In this document: one piece after another, positions 1 to 10,200 of the stretch
Layout of the letters: the number at the start of each line of letters is the position of its first letter
Position numbering within the stretch: the first letter of the stretch is position 1
Source: Myxococcales bacterium
Lineage (GTDB): Bacteria > Myxococcota_A > Polyangia > Polyangiales > Polyangiaceae
DNA: 64,000 nucleotides
Assembly (NCBI GenBank): GCA_043747615.1
Contig: JAYTOU010000033.1
Coordinates: 113,734 to 177,733, forward strand
Direction: 5' to 3'
Translations under genes and position numbers: made by a program
The notes under the pieces: model-generated
Seen by the model: only the letters and a program-made list of their open reading frames with translations
Told to the model about the DNA's origin: nothing
Databases searched by the model: none

Positions 1-30
1 AGGAAAAGGTAACCACGTTGCTAGCCTACG

Positions 31-1914
31 TTACCGCGAGCGTGGGGCGAGATCGATCGTCACCCATACGTCCGTCCCGGGTCGCCCCAGGCGATGCCCC
101 CCGCTCGCGCGGACGGCGATGCACTCACAGCGATCGCGGATCTCTATGGACGCACGCGCGGCGGTGAGGAGGCGGGCGGAGAGATCGGCGTCCGCTCCCG
201 CGCGCGTGAGGACGTACGCGGACCAAGGAACGGAGAGGTGCGCGCCGCCGGTCCATCCGTCGGTGGCCAAGAATCCGCCCGAGGGCTCGAGCGGCGCATC
301 GGTGAGAAGACGTGCGAGGACCGGATCGATGCCGGAGCGCTCGGCGACCGTCGCACCGACCCGGAGCCCGTCGACTCGTCCGACGCGGGCCCGCGCGACG
401 ATGGCGGTGCCGGGGACGCCGCCTAAGACGTGGGCACCTTCGCCGCCGAAGCCGATCCAGCGCGTGCTCGCCGCGGCCCGCCAGCGCATGGCCGGGAGAG
501 CCGCGAACTTTTCTTCTCCGCTCGCGCGAACGACGGTGTCGTCGTCCGTACCCACCGCGCCTCCGGAGACGGAGGCTTCGAAGCCTTCACCCGTTGCCCA
601 TCGACCGATGGCCGAGCTCACTCCCACCTCGGAAAAATAGGCTGATCCGCGTACGTCGGCCCGACCGCGTCCGGGGAGCAAATCGAAGATCGCGTCACCG
701 CGCGTGGCGAGCGCTCCCGCCGACAGACGCGGCTCGAGGCGATGACGCCAGGGATCTCCGGACTCGCCCGAGTCGAAGCTCCGGACGAAGGGAGCGCGGA
801 GATCGGCGCGCCCCATGATAGCGACATCGGCGCCTCTACGCTCACCATTGGAGGCGACCTCGGTTGCTTCGCGCAGCGAGAGCGATGCGCCAAGGATAGA
901 GGCCCGCGTCGCAAGAAGAGCTCCGCCCTCCGAGCGGCCATAGCTCACGGTCGAGCCGGTGATGCGGTCGCGAAATCCTCCGCCCGAGACGGCGATGTCG
1001 TATGCGCCGAAGCTGCCGATACCCTCGGCTCCGCGGAGAGAGACGACGGGGCCCGCAGCGCCGAAGTCGTAGGGACTGGCTCCGCGAAGGCTCGTGGAAC
1101 GAAGGCCGGTGGCGAAAGTGAAGCCGCCTTCGCGGATCGAGGCTTCCATACTTGCGCGATTGACGACCCGCGCCGCGACGTCGAGGTCGGTCGTCGAGGT
1201 GACCGCGCGCGTTCCCCGGAGCACGTCGGCGTCCCAGGCAAGCGTCTGCACGTTCTCGTCCCGGCGATGCTCGAGGGCTCCGCGCGCGTCGACCGCGATG
1301 CCGCCAACGTCGAGGTAGTCCCAGCGCACGTTGGTGTGGCTCGACGGCGTCCGGAGATCACCCTCCACCGCCACGCCGCCTTTGAGATACGCGCCCGCGC
1401 GAAGGTCGAGCCCGTGCTCGAAGTCCCCCTGGCGCCACGGAACGTGCACGCCGTCGCCTAGAAAGAGGCCGTCTCTCCCGCGGTAGGCGATGTCCGGTGG
1501 AAGCAAGCCGAACCGCGCCGGAGATCGGAGCCAGAAATAAGGCAGCCAAAAAACGGGCACCTCGTAGAGCTCGAGCCGTGGCTGACGCAAGATCAAGTCG
1601 CCCGGTGGCGCGACGATCGCTCCGTCGAACGCAATCGAGAGCGGCGTCCCGAGGCACGGACAAAAAGCGAGCGTGCCTTTTCCGTCGACCTCCACGCCGC
1701 GCGACGTCCGGCGAAGGCGGACTTCGTCGCTCCGCAAGTGAAACGGCTCCGAGTCCACGTGCACGTTTCCCCGGAGCTCGATCTCGCGCAGGCGTGGGTC
1801 GAGCGTCACTTCATCGGCGTGCGCATCGAGCGGCAAGATCTCGGCACGAGCCGCGCGGGGTACGGCGACGAGAAGAAAAAAAAGAAGCGCGGCGTACGTG
1901 CCGTCCCGGCTCAC
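31..1914 (-). CDS. LptD-like outer-membrane LPS-assembly protein
   Basis: Signal peptide; OstA-like N-terminus (IELRGNVHV..LRSDEV, FCPC, ELYEVPVFWLPYF, GLLPPDIAY); barrel-like C-terminal part with a Cys pair (CEC) near the end, as in LptD. Shorter than canonical LptD. Confidence 0.65.
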   Translation of the reverse strand: MSRDGTYAALLFFLLVAVPRAARAEILPLDAHADEVTLDPRLREIELRGNVHVDSEPFHLRSDEVRLRRTSRGVEVDGKGTLAFCPCLGTPLSIAFDGAIVAPPGDLILRQPRLELYEVPVFWLPYFWLRSPARFGLLPPDIAYRGRDGLFLGDGVHVPWRQGDFEHGLDLRAGAYLKGGVAVEGDLRTPSSHTNVRWDYLDVGGIAVDARGALEHRRDENVQTLAWDADVLRGTRAVTSTTDLDVAARVVNRASMEASIREGGFTFATGLRSTSLRGASPYDFGAAGPVVSLRGAEGIGSFGAYDIAVSGGGFRDRITGSTVSYGRSEGGALLATRASILGASLSLREATEVASNGERRGADVAIMGRADLRAPFVRSFDSGESGDPWRHRLEPRLSAGALATRGDAIFDLLPGRGRADVRGSAYFSEVGVSSAIGRWATGEGFEASVSGGAVGTDDDTVVRASGEEKFAALPAMRWRAAASTRWIGFGGEGAHVLGGVPGTAIVARARVGRVDGLRVGATVAERSGIDPVLARLLTDAPLEPSGGFLATDGWTGGAHLSVPWSAYVLTRAGADADLSARLLTAARASIEIRDRCECIAVRASGGHRLGRPGTDVWVTIDLAPRSR

Positions 1915-1924
1915 GCGTCACTCT

Positions 1925-2671
1925 TCAGTGCTTGCGTCGCCCGGCTTTGGTCGACGATCTCGTTGGCGGTACGGAAGCTGCGGGAGATGCCGGAGTATCG
2001 GTTCCAGGCTCGGGCGCGGGCTGCGTGGGCGTGGAAATCACGGTGTCTGCGTCAGCGCTCGGGAGAAAGATCCCTTTCGGAAATTCAATTTGCAGGATTG
2101 CGGAGCCATCCTTCGCGGGGACGACCTTGAAGGCTGGCGTCACGTTCGCGCGAAGCTCGAGAATGAAGTGGAGATTGCGCCCGAAAGGAAGCAGACGAGC
2201 GCGGCTGACCGGTGTGTTGAAGTGCACCGTGACGAGCGCGTTCTCGTTGTTCATCTTCGCCACGTGCTCCCCTTTGAGGATGTACGTGATGGTGCCCGCA
2301 GCCTTTTTTTCCTCGACCGGAACGTTTTGCGTCATCTCGACGAAGAAGCGTGAGCCGCCGTCGGGGAGCATCTCGAAGCCGGGAAGCGTGGCGACCGGGC
2401 CCGCCGCGTGCGAGACGCCGCGATGCTTCGTCGTCGCTGCCTTCGCGGGCTTCGAGTCGCCGTAGCCATAGCCTTGGGGATGCGGATTCGCCGGAGCAGT
2501 AGCCGGTCCCGTTTCCGTTCCAGGCGTCGCGGACGTGCCCGCAGCTGCTGCCGCTGCGGATCCGCTTGGCGCCTGAGCAGAGCTCGGGGCTTGCGCAGAG
2601 GCCGTGCCGACGAGGAGCGCGGGGAGCACGAACGCCAGCATGGCGGCGCGAAACGGAGGGCGGACAGCCAT
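1925..2671 (-). CDS. Secreted protein with AMIN-like domain and Pro/Ala/Thr-rich tails
   Basis: Signal peptide (ASA-Q); central ~110-aa beta domain (SRFFVEMT...VSRARL...LHFILELR...LQIEF) resembling AMIN. Confidence 0.55.
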   Translation of the reverse strand: MAVRPPFRAAMLAFVLPALLVGTASAQAPSSAQAPSGSAAAAAAGTSATPGTETGPATAPANPHPQGYGYGDSKPAKAATTKHRGVSHAAGPVATLPGFEMLPDGGSRFFVEMTQNVPVEEKKAAGTITYILKGEHVAKMNNENALVTVHFNTPVSRARLLPFGRNLHFILELRANVTPAFKVVPAKDGSAILQIEFPKGIFLPSADADTVISTPTQPAPEPGTDTPASPAASVPPTRSSTKAGRRKH

Positions 2672-2735
2672 GGTTCAAGTAGAGCACGTCGCTGGCGACA
2701 TGCCCAAATTGCGCTCACGTCTTCATGAAGTGCTT

Positions 2736-4043
2736 CTAGAGCGACGAGTTGGTGATTCCCTGGAGCGCGGCCCGCTGACTCGGTGATGTCTTCGTGACTT
2801 CCTTCTTCGGCTTAGTGCCGGTCACCGTCTCGTAAATCTTGTCGAGGTTGGCGGTGATGGTGAACGTCACGCGCGCATCCGGGCTCCACCAGATGTTGTC
2901 CCCGCCGACGAGGCCGCGGCGAGTGCCATTAGGCGCGATCGAGTTGGCTAGGTTGTAGTAGCCGATGCCGAGCGTGAGCTCGTCGATCACATCGTAGTCG
3001 ACGCTGGCGAGGAACCAGGTGCTCACCGCGAGGTTCGTGCTGTCGGACGCACGCGGAACGGCCACGGTGCCCGTCGCGGTCGGAACCGATGCCTCCTTCG
3101 GGACGTACTTCCAGTTGTGGATGAAGATCATGTCGAGCGTGAGCGAGAGCTTCGGCGTGATCTGAAGGCCGGTGTCGAGGACGCTGAGGAGGCTGTGGTT
3201 GGTCATCGACCCACCGCGGAGCTGATCGCTCACGAAGGAGCGACCTTCGGTGTCCTGACGGTTGATGGTCAGGTTGCCGTTCGTGGGGACGGTCGCACGC
3301 GAGAACGGGTGCGTGTAGAGCGCACTCACCGCAACGTGCATCTCGTTGAGCGCCTTCGCCGATTCTCCGTTCAGGGGGATGGTCTGCTTGACGCCGACGC
3401 CGACGCCAGGAGTCACGTAAATACCGCTGTCTTGGCTCTCTTTCGAGGTCGGCAGCTTGATGAGCGCGGTCGCCGAAACATCCGTGTGCTTGAAGGTGCC
3501 CTTGTCGCTGAGCGCCGTCTTGTACTTTAGGGTGTTCCAGATGTCGCCGAACACGTCTTCACGGTAGCTCGTGTTCTCTTGGTTGTTCGTCCACTCCTTG
3601 AAGTAGTCGAGCCGAAGAGTGTAGGCGAGGTGCTTGTTGAAGTTCCAACGCGGCCGGAACGAGAACCACCACTCGTAGAGCGGCACGTACGACTGCTGCG
3701 CCTGCGTGTCGAGGTGCGCGGTCTGGGTGGTCATGCTCTGATCGAAGAAGAGGATCGATCCGGTGATCGGATTGAGCTTCTCGTCTTTCTTCTCTTCGGG
3801 CGTCACTTCGACCGGCTGGTCTTTTGCTTGTTCCGGCGTGCCACCGAGGGTGACGCTCGCACCCGACGAGGGCGCGGTCTGCGGGGCGCTTGCTCCGGAC
3901 GGACCGGCAGGTTCGGCAGCAGGCGCGGCGGGCGCGTCACCTGAACCTGCCTGGGGTCGCGCAAACGCGAGCGAGGACGTGAGGAGCGGGGCCGCGACCA
4001 GCGCGGTCCGAACAAGAAGGGAGAGGCGAGATAAGGTCTTCAT
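2736..4043 (-). CDS. Putative outer-membrane beta-barrel protein
   Basis: Signal peptide (AFA-R), low-complexity linker, then many aromatic amphipathic strands. Confidence 0.6.
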   Translation of the reverse strand: MKTLSRLSLLVRTALVAAPLLTSSLAFARPQAGSGDAPAAPAAEPAGPSGASAPQTAPSSGASVTLGGTPEQAKDQPVEVTPEEKKDEKLNPITGSILFFDQSMTTQTAHLDTQAQQSYVPLYEWWFSFRPRWNFNKHLAYTLRLDYFKEWTNNQENTSYREDVFGDIWNTLKYKTALSDKGTFKHTDVSATALIKLPTSKESQDSGIYVTPGVGVGVKQTIPLNGESAKALNEMHVAVSALYTHPFSRATVPTNGNLTINRQDTEGRSFVSDQLRGGSMTNHSLLSVLDTGLQITPKLSLTLDMIFIHNWKYVPKEASVPTATGTVAVPRASDSTNLAVSTWFLASVDYDVIDELTLGIGYYNLANSIAPNGTRRGLVGGDNIWWSPDARVTFTITANLDKIYETVTGTKPKKEVTKTSPSQRAALQGITNSSL

Positions 4044-4146
4044 GTTTTACTGCTCCTCTGAACGTCTGGCCGTCTGATGACCGAGGGCGTTCCCAGCACG
4101 CCGTCGGCTCGGCGAGCGAGCGGGAATTGCCCCGATCGCGCGCAGG

Positions 4147-4182
4147 TGTCAACCCAAGCCTGGAAGCCGAAACTTCCGAGGC
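4147..4182 (-). promoter_or_regulatory. Possible -35 (TTGACA) with an adjacent inverted repeat upstream of the OM operon
   Basis: TTGACA on the minus strand at 4147-4152; inverted repeat GCCTGGAAG-ccgaaa-CTTCCgAGGC at 4158-4182. No clear -10. Confidence 0.3.
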
Positions 4183-4404
4183 CCTGAAACCCGAGCGCTT
4201 CTATGCATATTGCGTTCCGCAGCATTCATATACGTAACCACTCTAAATTGTGCATGATTTATCACTGACGGCCAGCCGCCGTTAAGGGTCTGACGGCAGA
4301 GCGTGCTGAGGGTGACTGCTCCCTGCCCGAGAGCCTGCTCCGAAAAGATCGTTAGCTTGCTAATGACCATGTGACCGAAGGCGGATGCCTGCTAACCGGA
4401 GCGC

Positions 4405-4812
4405 ATGGATTCAGCAGCCCTTCCGGCCACGGAAATCACCGCGCTCCTCGGCCGTGGCACCACCTTCGAGGGAAAGCTTCACTTCGAAGGTCGGGTCCGC
4501 ATCGACGGCATCTTCAAAGGTGAGATCAAGAGCGATGACACGCTCGTCGTCGGCGACGGCGCCGAGGTGCATGCAGAGATCGACGTCGCGACGGTGATCA
4601 TTCGCGGCGGCGTTGTGCACGGCAACGTGCGCGCGAAGACGGCGATCGAGGTTCACGCGCCGGGCAGGCTCGTCGGCAACATCCAGTCCCCCTCCGTCTT
4701 CATCGATCGCGGCGTCGAGTTCCAGGGAAGCTGCCGCATGGATCCGATCGAAGAGAAGAAAGCAGCCGCCAAGGAAAAGCCCGTAGCCCGCGTCGGTCAG
4801 CAGACCGCCTAA
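4405..4812 (+). CDS. Bactofilin (polymer-forming cytoskeletal protein)
   Basis: LLGRGTTFEGKLHFEGRVRIDG..GEI...AEVHAEI..VIIRGG..GNV...GRLVGNI...IDRGVEFQGSCRM beta-helix pattern. Confidence 0.93.
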   Translation: MDSAALPATEITALLGRGTTFEGKLHFEGRVRIDGIFKGEIKSDDTLVVGDGAEVHAEIDVATVIIRGGVVHGNVRAKTAIEVHAPGRLVGNIQSPSVFIDRGVEFQGSCRMDPIEEKKAAAKEKPVARVGQQTA

Positions 4813-4828
4813 GCACCGTCTGGCGCTC

Positions 4829-5302
4829 GTGGAGAAGGTCTCGCGACTGGCTCTCGCTGCAGCGCTGACGGCTGCGTGCGCTGGGGAGACCGCGGTGAGG
4901 AGCGCGCCGGCCATCGAGCCGCCAGTGAAGCCCTTGGTGCATGAAGCGCCGGACGCGGCCGATCCAATGACCGCTTTCGAGGTGCTCGCCGTAGGTGCAG
5001 ACAGGCTTGCCCCCGCGATGCGCGAGATCGTGCGCGGCGAGAAGAGCGGGGAGAATTCGCTTTCGACGGAAGTCCTCCGGGCCGAAAAAGACGCGTGCGT
5101 TCGCCTGGCTTTTGCGGCGTCGACGGAGCTCCGCGCGACGCTCGAGGATCAGAGCGGCGCCGTCCTCGCGGAGACGAAAACGAAGGCGGGTGCGCTTGGT
5201 GAGCGAGGCCCGGTTTGCGTTCGGAAGGGCGCCGTGATCCGCGTGCGCTTCGACGGCGAGGGGGCCATTCGCATTCGCTTCATCGCCTGGACCTCGCCTT
5301 GA
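4829..5302 (+). CDS. Putative lipoprotein of unknown function
   Basis: Lipobox LTAAC; small beta domain with two Cys; 16 bp after the bactofilin gene. Confidence 0.65.
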   Translation: MEKVSRLALAAALTAACAGETAVRSAPAIEPPVKPLVHEAPDAADPMTAFEVLAVGADRLAPAMREIVRGEKSGENSLSTEVLRAEKDACVRLAFAASTELRATLEDQSGAVLAETKTKAGALGERGPVCVRKGAVIRVRFDGEGAIRIRFIAWTSP

Positions 5303-5929
5303 TCACGAACCGCGGCCGATCATTTTTTTCGCCGGACGTGAAACATGCGCGCTCGATGGATCGATGAACCGCCACGGCTCGTCCGCGACCGCTCCCGCAT
5401 AGGCCACCCCTACCCGCGCGGTGACGGCAACGCGCGGACGCTTCGTTCGCGGCGCAATATAGAGACCCTCGCTCGTGGTGAGATCGATGTCGTTGCAGGC
5501 GCGCGTGATTCCGAGGGCGCGCGCGAGACGACCAGGCCCATCGGCGCGCGTGCTGGCGTCGATCCCAACGAGCGGATCGCCGCCGCGGATGAGCACCGCG
5601 TGGCCGCCGCCGTCTCTCAAGCACACCACGTTGAAGCAATCGTGCATTCCGTAAATCAAGAAGACGTACGCGTGACCCGGCGGGCCGAGCAGCGTCCGGG
5701 TGCGTTTCGTCAGGCCCACGCGCGCGTGGCAGGCGCGGTCGGTCGGACCACGGTAGGCCTCCGTCTCCACGATGCGGACCGCACGCACGCCTTCGCGAGT
5801 GACGTGGACGAGCGTGGTCCCGATCAATGCGCGCGCGACGATCAGCGCGTCTCGTGCGTAAAACGCGTGGTCAAGCACCGCGTTGGGTACCGCGAAGCGT
5901 GCCGGTTTGGTGGGGACTCCGAGTGCCAT
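5303..5929 (-). CDS. mpg: DNA-3-methyladenine glycosylase (MPG/AAG family)
   Basis: RIVETEAY.G..D.ACH, GHAYVFLIYGMH.CFNVV, AVLIRG, GPGRL, RVGV and PWRF motifs. Confidence 0.93.
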   Translation of the reverse strand: MALGVPTKPARFAVPNAVLDHAFYARDALIVARALIGTTLVHVTREGVRAVRIVETEAYRGPTDRACHARVGLTKRTRTLLGPPGHAYVFLIYGMHDCFNVVCLRDGGGHAVLIRGGDPLVGIDASTRADGPGRLARALGITRACNDIDLTTSEGLYIAPRTKRPRVAVTARVGVAYAGAVADEPWRFIDPSSAHVSRPAKKMIGRGS

Positions 5930-5966
5930 TTCTCTCGCGCCGTGATACCAAACTTCGGCACTCGAA

Positions 5967-7235
5967 ATGCGATTCGTTCACGCCGCCGACCTGCACATCG
6001 ACAGCCCGCTCCGCGGCCTCGAGCGCTACCCGGGGGCACCGGTGGACAAGGCGCGGGGAGCCACCCGCATGGCGTTCGTGCGGGTGATCGATCTGTGTCT
6101 GGAACGGCGCGCGGATTTCTTGATCCTGGCCGGCGATCTCTTCGACGGCGACTGGAAGGACTTTCACACCGCGCTCTTCGTGGTGAGCCAGCTGGCTCGC
6201 TTGAAGGAGGCTGGGACGCCCGTCTTCATCGTCTTCGGCAACCACGATCGCCAAAGCGATCTCACGCCGCGGATCGTGTGGCCGGAGAACGTGAAGGTCT
6301 TTTCGTCAGACGCGGCGGAGACGTTCTTGCTCGAGTCCGTCGGGGTCGCCCTCCACGGGCGGAGCTTCCCCACCGCGGCGGTCACCGAAAATCTGTCGGC
6401 CGGGTACCCCGCGCCCGTTCCCGGGATGTTCAACATCGGTGTCCTTCACACAAGCGCGTCGGGCGCACGGGAAGGGAGCGAGCACAAGCCGTACGCCCCA
6501 TCCTCCGTCACGGAGCTTGCGGCAAAAGGGTACGCCTACTGGGCGCTCGGACACGTGCACGGACACGAGGTGCTCCACGTTCGTCCGCACGTCGTCTACC
6601 CTGGAAATACCCAGGCTCGGCACGTGAAAGAGCAAGGCGCGAAGGGCGCGGTGGTCATCGAAGTCGACGCGGGGGACGTCGCGCGCATCGAGCACGTGGC
6701 CTGCGACGTCATGCGCTGGAGCATCGTCAAGGTCGTTGCCGAGGAAGCAGACGACACCCACGCGCTCCTTCGCCGCGCGAAGAGCGAAATCACGAAGGCG
6801 CTTGCAGACGCGGACGGACGCACCCTCGCGGTTCGTCTGTCGTTCGAAGGAAAGTGCGCGGCCCATCCGATGCTTGCGCGCCTCGAGGATCGGGCGCGCT
6901 TCGTCGCCGACGTCCGCGCGGCCGCGAGCGACGTGAGCGAGGCCGTATGGGTAGAGAAGGTGATCATGACGACCGCGCCGCGGGTGAACCTCGAGGCCCG
7001 GCGCGCCGGTCACGATCTGGTCGGCGATCTTCTACGGGAGACGCGCGCCCTCGGCGAACGTCCCCTGCTCGCCGACGAGCTCGGTCCCGTCTTCCAGAGC
7101 CTCCGCTCGAAGCTTGCCGCCGGCGCGGGTGAAGACGCGATCCGCTTCGACGATCCCGAGCGGGTGCGGGGCTGGGTCAAAGAGGCCGAGCTTGTCCTCC
7201 TTCATCTCCTTGCCAACGACGACGAAACGCCTTGA
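5967..7235 (+). CDS. yhaO: Mre11/SbcD-like DNA repair exonuclease (YhaO type)
   Basis: HAADLHIDSP, AGDLFD, GNHD, GVLHTS, YWALGHVH and YPGNTQARH metallophosphoesterase motifs. Confidence 0.9.
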   Translation: MRFVHAADLHIDSPLRGLERYPGAPVDKARGATRMAFVRVIDLCLERRADFLILAGDLFDGDWKDFHTALFVVSQLARLKEAGTPVFIVFGNHDRQSDLTPRIVWPENVKVFSSDAAETFLLESVGVALHGRSFPTAAVTENLSAGYPAPVPGMFNIGVLHTSASGAREGSEHKPYAPSSVTELAAKGYAYWALGHVHGHEVLHVRPHVVYPGNTQARHVKEQGAKGAVVIEVDAGDVARIEHVACDVMRWSIVKVVAEEADDTHALLRRAKSEITKALADADGRTLAVRLSFEGKCAAHPMLARLEDRARFVADVRAAASDVSEAVWVEKVIMTTAPRVNLEARRAGHDLVGDLLRETRALGERPLLADELGPVFQSLRSKLAAGAGEDAIRFDDPERVRGWVKEAELVLLHLLANDDETP

Positions 7236-10200
7236 AAATAAGCGCGTTCGAGATCGAGAGCTTCGGACACTTCAGGTCAAAGACCTTCGACGTCAAGGCT
7301 CCGTTCGTTCTTCTCCATGGGCCGAACGAGGCTGGCAAGACCACGCTCCTCGCGTTCTTGCGCGGTCTCCTCTTCGGGTTCGGAGAAAAAAATCCGTACG
7401 CTTTCGATCGCAACGAAGAGATGGCGGGGAGCGCAACCGTCCGTCTCCGAAGCGGAGAGTCGCTCTCTTTCCGCCGGCGAAAAGGAAGAAAGAATCCAAT
7501 CGACGGTCAGCTCGGTGAAGGAAAAACGCCGGTCGACGAGGCCAAGCTTTTTTCTCTCTTGGGAGACGCTAACGCGGCCCTGTTCGAGAACGTATTTGCC
7601 TTCGGGCTCGCTGAGCTGGGGCTCGGTGAAAAGTCGCTCGCTCACGCGAGCCTGACGTCCGCGATCTACGCGGGTGCGCTCGGCGGCGGTCGCGACGTAC
7701 GGGCCGTCCTCGCGTCGCTGGATGCGAGCCTGGGAGCGCTCTTCAAGGATCGAGGGAAAAATCAGCCGATCGCAGCATCATTTGCAGAATACATACGTCT
7801 TCGGGACGCCTCGCAAGCAGCCGCGCTGCGTGCAAAAGACTTTGCGCTCGTCCTCGATCAGTCGACCGAGGCGAATGCCCGGGCAGCGGGGCTGAAGGCG
7901 AAGCTCGAGGCCGAGCGAACGGAGCTCGACGCGCTCGAGCGGATCCAGAAAGCGCTGCCGCTCTTTGCCCGCCGACAGGCCGCGGTTGCCGAGCTCTCCA
8001 CGCTCGAAGCGGTGCCCGGTACGAACGAGGCGGCGCGGCGGCGGGTGATCGAGCGCGCGGCGGAGATCCGGCGGCTCGCGTTCGAAGAAGTGCAGCTCCG
8101 CGCCACGCAAGACATCGCTGATCCGAAGAAAGAGCTGCGCGCTCTCGCCGCTGACGTAGCGCGCCGCATGCCGGGGTGGGATCTGGACACCCTCCGCACG
8201 AGAGCGCCCGACGTCCTACGCATCCAGGAGCTCACGAGCGCGCGCGCCCTCCTCGATTCGAAGCTGGAGAACTTCGGAGCGGCGATCGCCGACGCCGAGA
8301 AGCAACTCGCGCACGTCGCGCTCGAGAAAAAAGAGCACGAGACGGAGCTTGCCCGCGCACCGGACGAAGCGCTGCGGGAGGTCGTGGAGCGCGCCCCCAT
8401 CCACGCCGAGCTTGCGCGCGCCCGCGAGGTTCGCCGCGCCCGGTGCGAGAGCCTGTCTCGGGATCTGCAGACAACGCGCGCGCGCCTGGAGCCGCCCGTC
8501 GAGATGAAGGACCCTCGCGTGCCCGACGTGGAGGTCGTTCGGGAGCAGCGCGCCGTATTCGAAGCGCTGACGCTCGCCCATCAGCGGGCGAGCGACGAGC
8601 TTTCGCGCGCACGAAAAACGGTCTCAGATCTGGCGGAAGACACCGGAGCTGCGACCAGTACGAGAAGCCTCCCCACGCTCGAAAGCCTGGCGGACACACG
8701 CGCCTACCGCGACAAAGGGATCGAGCTCCTCGGCGAGAAAGAAGATCTCTTCGTTGCCGCTGCGCGAAAGTCATGGCTCGGAAAGCGGCGCATCCTGCTG
8801 GCTGACGCCGTCCGCGAGGCCGTGGTCGTGGCCGACGTCGAAGCCGACACTCTCTTCGCAAACGCCGCGGGGGTGACGGCGCGCGCCGCACAGGTCGCTG
8901 CGCTGGAAGCGGCGACCGCGAGGGTGGTGACATGCGAAGGCGTGCTTGGTGCGACGGGGGAGCGGCTCACCGCGTTCACGACGACATGGAACGCGCTCTG
9001 GCGTCCGGCGGGCATCGTCCCCTTCCCGCCCGCGCGGATGGAGGCGTGGCTCCTCGATTTCGACCGCATCGCTCGGAGCGAGGGTGAGCTTCGCCGCGCA
9101 GAGGAGGAGATGGTGACGATCGACGAGCGCCTCCACGCGTTCCTCGGAGAGATGAAGCGCCTCCTCCCCGACGCAGGTCCGGGAGACGACCCCGCCGCTC
9201 TGAGCGAACGCTGCAAGAAGCGACTGGCTTCGCTGCAGTCGGCACGGGCGCGCATCGAGGAATCCGATCGCCAACGGGAGCGCCTGGAAAAGCTGGTCGC
9301 GCGCACGAGGGCACTCGCTGCCGATCTCGCGGAGCCCGTCGGAGCCTGGAAGAATGCCTGGGCGAGCGTTGCCGCGCCCTTCGGGGATGCTGCGCCCGAA
9401 GAGGTGAATCGCCGCGCCTCGGAGCTCGCCGAAGCGCGAACGAAGCTCGTTCTTCTGGAAGAGCGCACCGCGTACCGGCGCGTCAACGAAGAAGCTCGGG
9501 CAATATGGCAAGCGCAGTTAGATGCATTATACAATCAATTGACGTCGGAGCTCGATGGGCGAACTTGCGCGCCGCTGGTGGAGCTCCTCGAGCGGGCAGA
9601 GCACGCCCAGGCCCTCGAGCGCGCGACCACCGCGCTGGAGGATCAGATCGCCGGCGCGGCGGGAGCGACGGCTCGCGCGACGTTCTTCGAGGTCCTTGCG
9701 CAGTCGAGCCCGATCGAGGTCGAGGCGCGACGCACGGAGATCGCGCGGAGTCTCAGTGCGAGCAGCACCGCGTTCGAGCAGACCCTGCGTGAGGCCGCGG
9801 TGGCAGAGAATGCCTGGGCTCGCCTCGACGGCACGAGCGAGTCGGCGCGGCTGCTCATGGAGGCCGAGTCGAAGCGCACAGAGCTCGGCGAGCTCGTCGA
9901 TCGCTGGGCCCCGATGGCCATCGCGAGGCACGTCCTCACGGAGTCGATCGCTCGTTTCGAGAGAGAAAATCAGCCCGCGCTGCTCACCCGAGTCTCGGCG
10001 CTCTTCGAGCAAGTGACGACCGGCGAGTACGTCCGCGTTCGTCAGCGGCTCGGGGAGCACGACCTACTCGTCGTCGCCCGCGGAGGCGCGGAGCGAAAGG
10101 TCGACCAGCTCAGCACCGGAACGCGCGAGCTCCTCTTTCTCGCGATCCGGCTCGCGTACGTGGGTGAGTACTGCGAGAAGAACGAGCCCTTGCCGATCGT

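Noticed and set aside
4290..4370. TPP-riboswitch-like words (GCTGAG...CCTG.TC)
   Set aside because: Core CUGAGA, CCUGAU and AGGGA elements are not properly matched, and the downstream gene is a bactofilin.
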